Position numbers and translations under genes: made by a program | The notes under the pieces: model-generated | Told to the model about the DNA's origin: nothing | Databases searched by the model: none | What the model saw: the letters and a program-made list of their open reading frames with translations, nothing else | Assembly: GCA_050633305.1 (NCBI GenBank) | Contig: JBOEGF010000027.1 | Span: 63,403-127,402 of the forward strand | Direction of reading: 5' to 3' | From: Nannocystales bacterium | GTDB taxonomy: Bacteria; Myxococcota_A; Polyangia; Nannocystales; Nannocystaceae | DNA length: 64,000 nt | In this document: piece after piece, positions 29,769 to 38,193 of the stretch | How the letters are laid out: each line of letters begins with the position of its first letter | Numbering within the stretch: position 1 is the first letter of the stretch

Positions 29769-29784
29769 TGGCTCGTGCCTTGCA
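29769..29784 (+). promoter_or_regulatory. Sigma54 (-24/-12) promoter of the large surface protein
   Basis: TGGCTC-GTGCC-TTGCA, about 14 nt before ATG 29798. Confidence 0.6.
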
Positions 29785-29797
29785 CAGACCGAGGCCG

Positions 29798-32749
29798 ATG
29801 CGACGCACCTGGATCCGCCACCTTCTTCCTGCGACCCCCCTCCTGGCGCTGCTCTCGACAAGCGATGTTCTCGCCGAAGGAACCGCCGACCTCGGCGTCA
29901 CCCAGGCCTTGCGCTCGGGAACCGTGTTGTACGTCGACATCGTCGACAGCGCCGTAGAGCAGATCGAGTGGACCGGGGTGGGGAGCGTCAGCGTCTCCGC
30001 ACCCGATGGCGCTCCGGTCGCAGTGTTGTCATCCGGACAAGACACCGGGACGTTGAGCGGTCTCGGTGGTGGAGCGTATCGACTCGTGGTCCACAGCGAC
30101 CAAGATGTCGGCACCCCGTGGGACGTCCGCGTCCTGGCACAAACCGACGCACTCGGCCGACTGCACTCCTACGACTGGAGGTTCAACGCGGGGGCGTTCT
30201 CCGAAGAACGCGCAACCTCGTCGAGCTTCTACGCCGTCGTCCCCGGCGGCGGGGTCGACGAGGAGTCGGTCATCGAACTCAACCTCGAAGGCCTTGCGGG
30301 GTACGTCTACAACATCAACGCCAACCGGGTGGGTGTCGAAGGGCCCAACGGTGGGCGGAGCGTGCCGCAAGCGGGCAACAGCACCCTCGCGGAGTTCCCC
30401 ATCTACCTCAACCCTCCAAGCAACGCCTCGTACTCCGCCTCCTCCCCCCTGGTCAACGGGTTGGAGTTCGTCGGTGGGACCTCGCTGGACTGGGAAGGGA
30501 ACTCCATGGACCCCTGCGACCTGGTTGTTCCCGGCGGCTCCACCGGACGATTCCAGTTCACCTCCACGGCGCAGGGCTCGTACCACCTGATGTGCGACCT
30601 CGATCAGAATGGCGTCTTCGACCCCGTCGGAGGTGCCGACCTTCTGCTGGTGGGCTCCAGCGAGATCGGGCTCAACGAGGTCCAGTGGGACGGCATGCAT
30701 GATGGGGCCGAAGTCGCGCTGGGCACCTACGACTGCCAGGTCCAAGTCAACGTCGGAGAGTTTCACTACGTCGGCGCAGACATCGAGACCAGCTACCCGG
30801 GTATGCGGTTGTACGAGGTGCACCCCGACCTCGGCCGCAGCCCGTTACGGATGTACTGGAACGACACCGCGGTTCAAGGGAATGCACAACCGATGCCCAG
30901 CGGGGAGCTCGGGCTCAGGACCTCCGGCGCCCAGGGGCTCTTCCCCGGTGCGTATGACACTGGCGCAGTCGCGAACGTCAACGCCCGCTCGTGGGGCAAC
31001 TGGAACAGCGGCGGCAAGGGCAACCAGGCGTTTCTCGACACGTTCACCTGGCTCGAGTCCTCGACGTCTTCGACGATCGAGGTCCGGGCCGTCGACCCCA
31101 GCGCCGACCTGGACGCGGACGGAGCCGGGGACTTCGAGGAAGCATGTGCGTTCGGGACCGACCCCAACGACCCGGACTCCGACGACGACGGGGTGAGCGA
31201 CGGCGAGCAGTACGGGGGCATCGCGAGCTCGGGCGGCGGCAACGGGTTGGAGTCCAACGGTCGACTGGCCAGCGCTCTGGCCCGTCGAGCGATCCGCCGG
31301 AGCCGTATGACTGACGGGCCACGTCCCGGGTTCCGCTCGTCGACCGACCTCCTCCGCCTGGCCCCGACGGCCGGCACGTTGGGAACCTCGACCGCGGAGG
31401 CCACCCCCACCGACCTACCCGAGATCACCAACGCCAGCTCGACCTATGCTTTGGACTACTACGACGGCGACGCCCGGGTCGGGGGCGTGCTCCTCATCGA
31501 GACCACGGGTGCGGTCTACGAGCACTCCAAGCTTGTCTGCGACCGAGCCCAGGGTTCGTCCATCGACGACATGTTCATCAGCGACGTGGGTGGTCATGAC
31601 GTCCTGCGGGCAACCACGCAGCGAGACGGGATCGTGGACCACACCGCCGTGTTCAGCGTGCATGTGGGGACGACGGGTGCGGATGTGTTCGCCTACTGGC
31701 TGACCGCCGACTACCCCACGCCCCGAGCCGAACAACGGGTCGTCCGTGTGCAGACCTGGTCCAGCATTCCCGGCGGGGAGCTCACGCTCGCCCGCGCAGT
31801 GCTCGGACGAGCAGAGGACGCATACGGGTCCCTTCGCCCCCCCGGGCACGAGGCCCTTTGGGAGGACGATGCCGTCACTGATGGCGAGCCAATCTCCGAG
31901 CCCGCCCCACAGACCTCCCTCCCGGCCGCAGCCGTCGCGTCAGCCGAGGTCCTCGCAGGGACCCTACGCATGGACCTGCGTCGCTACGACCGGTACGACG
32001 AACCCGTTCTGCTTCGTACGGTGTCCTTGCAGGAGGATGCGCTCACGCAGCGCGTCGATGTCCGCGAGCTCACCAACGATGAAGGTTGGGTCGAAGTCGA
32101 CGTCGGTCGCGTCCTCGATGTCACCGCCGAGCTCGTCGTAGGCGGGACGGTGCAAGACCAAGTCTGGCTCTCGGATGGTGCGTGGGCGGCTTTCGACGAC
32201 GCGCTCTGGGGAGGAGCGTCGTCGGTCGACTTCGGTCGCACCGAGTGCACGCCGCGGTCCTCCGCCGGAGAACTCGCGTTCGCCGGGTGCGCGCACGCAG
32301 AGGGAACGATTGAGGGCACCGCAGGGTTCGGGGGTGTCGCTCGACACTTCGCCCGCCCGGTGTCGCTCAACGACACGAACTCGATCGCGCTGCAGGTCGA
32401 AGCGACGCGCCCGTTCGAGCTTTGCGTTCAGACCGACGCTGGGGGTTCGTACTGCGTGGCTCTCGAGGCCGGCTTCGGAGAGCGACAGGTGTCTACGCTC
32501 GACCTCCTCGACGACCAGGACACCGCCCTGCCCCATGACGCCCGGGCGAATCTCGTGACGGTTGCCACCCATGGTGCCGGCCCGTTCGAAGTCGAGGTTT
32601 CTGGACTTGCGCTGTCGCGGGAAGAACTCGCACCACGACGAACCACGGCCGAGGGCTCACGAGGTTGCACCATTCAGAGCCCGAGCCACGGGCTGTGGTC
32701 TCTGCTCTTGTTCGGTCTCGCAGCTCTCCGTCGCCGCCGTCGTCGATGA
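29798..32749 (+). CDS. Large secreted surface protein with Ca-binding (TSP3-like) motif and MYXO-CTERM-like sorting signal
   Basis: Signal peptide MRRTWIRHLL...VLA, motif DLDADGAGD...GTDPNDPDSDDDGVSDG, C-terminus GCTIQSPSHGLWSLLLFGLAALRRRRR. Confidence 0.8.
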   Translation: MRRTWIRHLLPATPLLALLSTSDVLAEGTADLGVTQALRSGTVLYVDIVDSAVEQIEWTGVGSVSVSAPDGAPVAVLSSGQDTGTLSGLGGGAYRLVVHSDQDVGTPWDVRVLAQTDALGRLHSYDWRFNAGAFSEERATSSSFYAVVPGGGVDEESVIELNLEGLAGYVYNINANRVGVEGPNGGRSVPQAGNSTLAEFPIYLNPPSNASYSASSPLVNGLEFVGGTSLDWEGNSMDPCDLVVPGGSTGRFQFTSTAQGSYHLMCDLDQNGVFDPVGGADLLLVGSSEIGLNEVQWDGMHDGAEVALGTYDCQVQVNVGEFHYVGADIETSYPGMRLYEVHPDLGRSPLRMYWNDTAVQGNAQPMPSGELGLRTSGAQGLFPGAYDTGAVANVNARSWGNWNSGGKGNQAFLDTFTWLESSTSSTIEVRAVDPSADLDADGAGDFEEACAFGTDPNDPDSDDDGVSDGEQYGGIASSGGGNGLESNGRLASALARRAIRRSRMTDGPRPGFRSSTDLLRLAPTAGTLGTSTAEATPTDLPEITNASSTYALDYYDGDARVGGVLLIETTGAVYEHSKLVCDRAQGSSIDDMFISDVGGHDVLRATTQRDGIVDHTAVFSVHVGTTGADVFAYWLTADYPTPRAEQRVVRVQTWSSIPGGELTLARAVLGRAEDAYGSLRPPGHEALWEDDAVTDGEPISEPAPQTSLPAAAVASAEVLAGTLRMDLRRYDRYDEPVLLRTVSLQEDALTQRVDVRELTNDEGWVEVDVGRVLDVTAELVVGGTVQDQVWLSDGAWAAFDDALWGGASSVDFGRTECTPRSSAGELAFAGCAHAEGTIEGTAGFGGVARHFARPVSLNDTNSIALQVEATRPFELCVQTDAGGSYCVALEAGFGERQVSTLDLLDDQDTALPHDARANLVTVATHGAGPFEVEVSGLALSREELAPRRTTAEGSRGCTIQSPSHGLWSLLLFGLAALRRRRRR

Positions 32750-32971
32750 CTCTCCCCGCCCGTCGGGAGCCGCGGTAGCATGGAAGTCCGTCTCGATCCC
32801 GCCGGGTTCCTGACATCGACCCTGTAGACGGCAGGTTTCCCCGTTCCAGGGGCACGAGAACGTCGCGCCCCTCGTAGGCGGCCCCACGCGATCGACTGAA
32901 CATCAATCGGCTGGGCTCGAATCCCCCCGTGCAGCGACCGCATGGCACGATGGGTCAGGGGATCGAAGAGC

Positions 32972-34657
32972 ATGCAGATCAGATCGCTGCTTCTAGGCGC
33001 CGCCGCGTTGTTCGCGAGCGGTTGTTACACGGGCGTCGACGTCTCGGGCACCGGCGTGCCCTCGGGCGGCTCCGACAGCTTCACCACGACCGCCGGAGGT
33101 GATGGGACCGGCGACAGCGACAGCGACGACCCCGTTCCGGATGACTACGAACCCTCGCCCGTGGCGCTTCGACGCTTGGTCGGATCGCAGTACGAGGCCT
33201 CGGTGCGACTCCTGCTCGGCGATGAAGCCGCCGAGGCGGCCAACCCACCTGCCGACGCCGCGATCAACGGATTCACGGCTGTGGGCGCGGCCCAGCTCGC
33301 CTTGGGAAGTGCGGAGATCGATCGGTACGAAGCGTCGGCCCGTGACATCGCCGCGGCGGCTCGCACCGCAAACGCTCACCAGGCGTACATGGACTGCGAA
33401 CCGATCGGGCCGGCCGACGACGCGTGCATGGGCGAGTTCGTAGCGCGCTTCGGCCGTCTCGCATTTCGACGCTCGCTCGACCCCGACGAGCTCGACCGCT
33501 ACAACGCCGTCGGGCTCACCACCGCAGGCGACTTCGACGACTTCGACGCCGGAATCGAGTCGACGCTCGCGGCCATGTTGCAGAGCCCACTGTTCCTCTA
33601 CCAAGTCGAGAGCGGCGAAGCGACGGCAGACGCGGACGGCCAACGACGCCTTCGAGGCACCGAACTCGCGACTCGGGTGTCCTTCTTCCTCACCGGAGCC
33701 ACGCCCGACGCCGCGCTCCTCGACGCAGCCGAGGCAGGAGAGCTGGACGACAACGACGGATTGAGAGCGTCCGCGTTTGCTCTGCTCGAGCGTGAAGAGG
33801 CTCGCGGAGCCTTGGGGACGTTCACCGAGGAACTGCTCAAGCTCCACGAACTCGATGGACTTCCCAAGGACGCGGTGGCCTTCCCCACCTACGACGCGGA
33901 ACTCGCAGAGGCCATGCACGAGGAGACCCGCCGGTTCATCGAGCACGTCGGGTTCGAGGGCGGCGACTTCTCCGAGATGTTCGACGCCGACTACACGTTC
34001 GTCAACGACGTGCTCGCGGCCCACTACGGCATCCCGGGAGAGTTCGGGGAGGAGTTCGTGCAAGTCACGCTTCCGCCCGATCAAAAGCGGGGCGGCATCC
34101 TCGGCCACGCCAGCGTGATGTCCGTACTCGCCCACGTCTCGAGCAGCTCCCCGACCCACCGAGGCAAATTCGTCCGCGAGACGCTCCTGTGCACCACCAT
34201 TCCGGCGCCACCGCCCGGCGTCTCGACCGACCTCCCTGTCGGTGACGGTACGGAGACCCTTCGGGAGCGGCTCGAAGTCCACATGACTGACGCCTCGTGT
34301 GCGGGCTGCCACGTGCTGATGGACCCCATCGGATTCGCACTCGAGAGCTACGACGGCGTCGGCGCGTTCCGGACACTGGACAACAGCAAACCGATCGACG
34401 ACGCCAGCGAACTCGATGGAACTCCGGTCTCGGGCGCCGCCGAAGTCGGTGCGGTGCTTCGAGAGAACGAAGCGGCGCACGCCTGCCTCGTCCGCAACCT
34501 GTACCGCCATGCCACCGGGCACATCGAGAGCGACAGCGAGCTCGACGCCCTTCGAGACGTCACCACCGCCTACATCGACAGCGGCTACGATCTGCCGACC
34601 GCGCTGGTCGAGATCGTCGGCAGCCCCGCCTTCCGCCTCGTCGGAGAGCCTCTCTAG
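32972..34657 (+). CDS. DUF1592/DUF1588 (PSD-domain) lipoprotein with CxxCH heme motif
   Basis: Lipobox FASGC and motifs LRRL...Y, LQSPLFLY, ELATRVSFFL...PD, RGGILGH, SPTHRG, CAGCH..MDPIGFALESYD. Confidence 0.85.
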   Translation: MQIRSLLLGAAALFASGCYTGVDVSGTGVPSGGSDSFTTTAGGDGTGDSDSDDPVPDDYEPSPVALRRLVGSQYEASVRLLLGDEAAEAANPPADAAINGFTAVGAAQLALGSAEIDRYEASARDIAAAARTANAHQAYMDCEPIGPADDACMGEFVARFGRLAFRRSLDPDELDRYNAVGLTTAGDFDDFDAGIESTLAAMLQSPLFLYQVESGEATADADGQRRLRGTELATRVSFFLTGATPDAALLDAAEAGELDDNDGLRASAFALLEREEARGALGTFTEELLKLHELDGLPKDAVAFPTYDAELAEAMHEETRRFIEHVGFEGGDFSEMFDADYTFVNDVLAAHYGIPGEFGEEFVQVTLPPDQKRGGILGHASVMSVLAHVSSSSPTHRGKFVRETLLCTTIPAPPPGVSTDLPVGDGTETLRERLEVHMTDASCAGCHVLMDPIGFALESYDGVGAFRTLDNSKPIDDASELDGTPVSGAAEVGAVLRENEAAHACLVRNLYRHATGHIESDSELDALRDVTTAYIDSGYDLPTALVEIVGSPAFRLVGEPL

Positions 34658-34686
34658 CTTCACCACAGCTCAAGGAGACACGACAG

Positions 34687-36063
34687 ATGAAACCGTTTCG
34701 ACTTCATCGACGCACCATGCTCCGCGGCGCTCTCGGAGGCTCCGCGGTCGCGCTCGGCCTCCCGGTCCTGGAGGCCATGCTCAACGGCAACGGCGACGCG
34801 TACGCCAACGGGTCCGACCTCCCCTGCCGGCTGGTGACGTGGTTCTTTGGCAACGGATGCGCCGTCGCCGACGTGAACAACACGGGCGCGGGGATCCGCT
34901 TTGCGCCCGGCGAGACTGGAGCGGGATTCACACCCACCCCCCAACTCCAGCCGCTGGCAGACCGCGGCGTGCTCGAGTACTGCTCGGTGCTCAGCGGCTT
35001 CGACATCGCCGCAGCGGCTCAGCACCGACGCGGGCACCACGACGGGGTCGCCGGCTTCTTCTCCGGGTACCCGTTCGTCGAGCTCCCGCCCAACGGGGCG
35101 AACTACGCCTCGAAGTTCGGTGGTCCCTCCATCGACCAGGTCGCGGCCGAGCGTCTCGCGGGACAGACGGTCATCCCCTCCGTGCAAATGGCGATCTCCA
35201 AACGCATCGTCGGCGGTGAAGGCCCCACGCTGCAGTACCTCTCCCACCAGGGCCCGGACCAACCGCTCGCGCCGTACTTCGATCCCCGCGAAGCCTGGGA
35301 CAAGCTGTTCGGCACCTTCACCGTGCCCGACGATCCGGCCAAGCCCGCCCGACTCTCCGCCCTCGATGCGGTGCGTGAGGACGTGCGGCGCCTTCAGATG
35401 CGCGTCGGCGCCAACGACCGTATGCGGCTCGAGTCCCACCTGGACGCCGTGGCGCAGCTCCGCGGGCAGATCGATGCACTTGCCCCGGTGTGCACGCTGC
35501 CTCCACAGACCGCCCAGACCAACGACGACGTCGAAGGCCAAGAGCAGATCGAGGCCGTCAACGCCGTGATGAGCGAGTTGTTGGCGATCGCATTCGCCTG
35601 CGACATCACTCGCGTCGGCAGCATCCAGTTCACGGGCTCGGTCGGCTACACCGTGTTCAACAACCTGGGCCTGACCCGAGGGCACCACGACCTCACCCAC
35701 GACGCCGCCGAGAACGAGGCGATCGACCAGGCAACCATCTTCACGATGGATCAGTTCGGGGTCCTGCTCGAAGCACTACGCAACATGCCCGAGGGCGACG
35801 GCAACGTGCTCGACAACAGCTGCATCTTGCTGGGCAGTGACGCCGCAGCCGGCCTCACGCACTCCGTCTTCGACCAACCGTGCATCGTCGCTGGCGGCGG
35901 CGGCGGCATGCTCACCCACCCCGGCGTGCACTACCGCTCCGACACCGGCGAGAACACGTCGGACATCCTCCTGTCGTGCTTGCAGACGGTCGATGCCACA
36001 GCATCCGAGGCCGGCGGCGGCATTGGGGTCTCGACCACGCCGTGCAGCGCGATCCTGACCTGA
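34687..36063 (+). CDS. DUF1552 family protein (Tat signal)
   Basis: HRRTMLRG...LPVLEAM, SIDQ, LESHLD, AFACDITRV, HHDLTH, EGDGNVLDNS. AAGGAG SD before ATG 34687. Confidence 0.88.
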   Translation: MKPFRLHRRTMLRGALGGSAVALGLPVLEAMLNGNGDAYANGSDLPCRLVTWFFGNGCAVADVNNTGAGIRFAPGETGAGFTPTPQLQPLADRGVLEYCSVLSGFDIAAAAQHRRGHHDGVAGFFSGYPFVELPPNGANYASKFGGPSIDQVAAERLAGQTVIPSVQMAISKRIVGGEGPTLQYLSHQGPDQPLAPYFDPREAWDKLFGTFTVPDDPAKPARLSALDAVREDVRRLQMRVGANDRMRLESHLDAVAQLRGQIDALAPVCTLPPQTAQTNDDVEGQEQIEAVNAVMSELLAIAFACDITRVGSIQFTGSVGYTVFNNLGLTRGHHDLTHDAAENEAIDQATIFTMDQFGVLLEALRNMPEGDGNVLDNSCILLGSDAAAGLTHSVFDQPCIVAGGGGGMLTHPGVHYRSDTGENTSDILLSCLQTVDATASEAGGGIGVSTTPCSAILT

Positions 36064-36109
36064 GCGGGGAAAAAGGAACGAACGGCGGCGATCGTGCGTA
36101 GTCACCACG

Positions 36110-37009
36110 GTGCGTCGACGTCGCTTCTTAATCTGGGCAAGCCAGGGTGCTGGGGCCTGCGTCGCGGGCGGAACCGCCTCTGAACCCGCTCCAACACCGT
36201 CCGCACCTCCCGCACCGCCCGCCGCCGAACTCGACCCGCTCGAGGCGGCGGCGGAGCAGCTTCGCGCGCGGAGAGCAGACGATGGATTCACAATCCTCGT
36301 CGAAGCGCCGTTCGTCGTCGCGGGGAACGAGGCCCCACAAGACGTCCAGCGCCGGGCAACGCACACCATCGGCTGGGCCACGGCGCTGCTCAAAGACGCC
36401 TACTTCGAACTCGACCCCCCGGACGCGCCGACGGTTTGGCTGTTTCGAGACGACGCGAGCTACCGCCACTGGGCCAAGCGCTTGTTCGACGACGAGCCCG
36501 ACACGCCCTACGGGTACTTCACAGCCGAACACAACGCTCTGGTGATGAACATCAGCACGGGGGGCGGCACCCTCGTGCACGAACTCGTGCACCCGTTCAT
36601 CGACACGAACTTCCCTGGGTGCCCATCGTGGTTCGATGAGGGTCTCGCGTCGCTGTACGAGCAATGCGGAGAGCGAGACGGGAAGATCGTCGGGTTCGAG
36701 AACTGGCGTCTGCCCGGCCTCCAGGCCCAACTCCGAGCCGGCACCAACCCTACGTTCGACACCCTCACTCACACCTCCCGAGACGACTTCTACGCCGATG
36801 AGACCGGAGTGCACTACGCCCAAGCCCGCTACCTGTGCTTCTACTTGCAGCACGAGGGCCTGCTTCGGCGCTTCTACCACGCCTTCCATCAGGCCTCCGC
36901 TTCGGACCCCTCCGGCTACGAGACACTGAAGTCGGTGCTTGGCACGGACGACATGGAAGCCTTCGAGGCGACCTGGAAAGGCTTCGTACTGTCCTTAGAA
37001 CAAAGCTGA
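36110..37009 (+). CDS. Putative zinc metallopeptidase (gluzincin, HExxH)
   Basis: TLVHELVHPF...PSWFDEGLASLYE. Confidence 0.7.
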   Translation: MRRRRFLIWASQGAGACVAGGTASEPAPTPSAPPAPPAAELDPLEAAAEQLRARRADDGFTILVEAPFVVAGNEAPQDVQRRATHTIGWATALLKDAYFELDPPDAPTVWLFRDDASYRHWAKRLFDDEPDTPYGYFTAEHNALVMNISTGGGTLVHELVHPFIDTNFPGCPSWFDEGLASLYEQCGERDGKIVGFENWRLPGLQAQLRAGTNPTFDTLTHTSRDDFYADETGVHYAQARYLCFYLQHEGLLRRFYHAFHQASASDPSGYETLKSVLGTDDMEAFEATWKGFVLSLEQS

Positions 37010-37063
37010 GTGTTCTCGTCATCCCGCTTGCCCGTGGCGCCCCCGCGCCCGGATACTCGTGTC

Positions 37064-37504
37064 GTGTCCCGTGTCCTGAGCATCGCACTCCTCGGCGTAT
37101 GCAGCGCGTGCCAGCTCTGCGACGAGAACGCCGACTGCGAAGGCGGGCGCTTCAACGTGTGGGTCGCGACGTCGGATAACGCCCCACTGCCCGAAGGCAG
37201 TTTTGCGCTCACCGTCACCCCCGATGTCGGAGCCGTGCTTCACGGCGAGTGTATGGTGAGCAGCCAAGGAACCCGCGCAGAGTGTTCCGGAGACGCCGTC
37301 GCCGGCTCCGTGAACCGACGCGATGTTTTCACGTTCCTGCGAATCTCCCAAGACCCGACCTTCGCCACGCTCGTCGGCGTGGGCCTCACCCACAATGGCG
37401 TCGTCGTGGACGAACGCGAAGATGAAACTCTGGACTTCTACCGCGGGGACTCCTGCGACAACGACTGCGGCGTCGCCGACGTCCAGCTCCAACCGCTGCC
37501 ATGA
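37064..37504 (+). CDS. Small Cys-containing lipoprotein of unknown function
   Basis: LLGVCSAC lipobox-like segment. Similar layout to 38194..38613. Confidence 0.6.
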   Translation: MSRVLSIALLGVCSACQLCDENADCEGGRFNVWVATSDNAPLPEGSFALTVTPDVGAVLHGECMVSSQGTRAECSGDAVAGSVNRRDVFTFLRISQDPTFATLVGVGLTHNGVVVDEREDETLDFYRGDSCDNDCGVADVQLQPLP

Positions 37505-37524
37505 CCGCCCTCGAGCGGTCTCGG

Positions 37525-37607
37525 TCCGTGGAGCAGGACTCGAACCTGCACGCGCCGAAGCGCCGTGGTTTTACAGACCACTACCCTGCCAATCGGGTAT
37601 CCCACGG
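37525..37607 (-). tRNA. tRNA-Tyr(GTA), long variable arm, C1-G72, no encoded CCA
   Basis: CCGTGGG AT ACCC GATTGGCA GGGT A GTGGT CTGTAAA ACCAC GGCGCTTCGGCGCGT GCAGG TTCGAGT CCTGC TCCACGG A. Confidence 0.85.
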
Positions 37608-37612
37608 GTGTG

Positions 37613-37694
37613 CGGAGGGTGAGGGAGTCGAACCCCCAGGCCGTTTTGGCCCACCGCTTTCAAGGCGGCTTGGCGTGCCCATGCCGAACCCTCC
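37613..37694 (-). tRNA. tRNA-Ser(TGA), no encoded CCA
   Basis: GGAGGGT TC GGC ATGGGCAC GCC AA GCCGC CTTGAAA GCGGT GGGCCAAAACGGCCT GGGGG TTCGACT CCCTC ACCCTCC G. Confidence 0.85.
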
Positions 37695-37696
37695 AT

Positions 37697-37781
37697 CGGA
37701 AGATGAGGGAGTCGAACCCCCGCTGATTTTCACCAGACCGACGCTTTCCAAGCGAGTGCCTTACCGCTCGGCCAATCTTCC
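37697..37781 (-). tRNA. tRNA-Ser(GGA), imperfect anticodon stem, no encoded CCA
   Basis: GGAAGAT TG GCC GAGCGGTAA GGC A CTCGC TTGGAAA GCGTC GGTCTGGTGAAAATCAGC GGGGG TTCGACT CCCTC ATCTTCC G. Confidence 0.8.
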
Positions 37782-37795
37782 AGTTGCTCACAAAG

Positions 37796-37880
37796 CGGAG
37801 GGGGCGGGATTCGAACCCGCGCTAACGATCGCTAGACCTCGGCGTAGCAGGCCGGCACCTTTCCACTCGGTCACCCCTCC
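37796..37880 (-). tRNA. tRNA-Ser(GCT), no encoded CCA
   Basis: GGAGGGG TG ACC GAGTGGAAA GGT G CCGGC CTGCTAC GCCGA GGTCTAGCGATCGTTAGC GCGGG TTCGAAT CCCGC CCCCTCC G. Confidence 0.85.
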
Positions 37881-37983
37881 AGGTTGTCTCCGCACCCAGA
37901 CAGACGCGGCTGCCAGCTGGGCGTCACGCTGAGCCACAGCGACACGACACGGCACGGCACGGGGGCAGCACGACTGCGATGCG

Positions 37984-38094
37984 CTATCGAGAGGCTCGAC
38001 TGCCCACCGCAGACGCGGAATACGACGGACTCGACTGCACATCGGCGATCGGGGTCGGGAGTCGTACGGCGTTGCGTTGCGCAGGAGCGTTCAT
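37984..38094 (-). CDS. Candidate Ser/Tyr-rich leader peptide (36 aa) upstream of the tRNA array
   Basis: MNAPAQRNAVRLPTPIADVQSSPSYSASAVGSRASR*. Below the ORF-track cutoff. No Ser or Tyr in codons 1-20, then 7 Ser + 1 Tyr in codons 21-36. Confidence 0.65.
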   Translation of the reverse strand: MNAPAQRNAVRLPTPIADVQSSPSYSASAVGSRASR

Positions 38095-38106
38095 CGGTTC
38101 CGCGTC

Positions 38107-38134
38107 AACCTAGCGCCCGGAGGAGGACCGTCAA
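38107..38134 (-). promoter_or_regulatory. Sigma70-like promoter for leader + tRNA array
   Basis: Minus strand TTGACG-N16-TAGGTT ending 12 nt before the leader ATG. Confidence 0.6.
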
Positions 38135-38193
38135 GGCGAAATTGGAACCCGTACTCGCTTGCGGACCCCGACCCGGCGATCGAGACTCGGAGA

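Noticed and set aside
37613..37694. Selenocysteine or opal-suppressor tRNA
   Set aside because: The loop CT-TGA-AA has anticodon TGA, which reads TCA/TCG (Ser), not TCA. The acceptor stem is 7 bp.
37525..37880. CRISPR array or prophage att site suggested by repeated GAGGGAGTCGAACCCCC
   Set aside because: The repeats are the T-arms of tandem tRNAs. No cas, integrase or phage genes are in the window.
37501..37932. ORFs 37501..37932, 37788..38042 and 37884..39464
   Set aside because: They overlap the tRNA genes or other supported genes and have no protein-like features.
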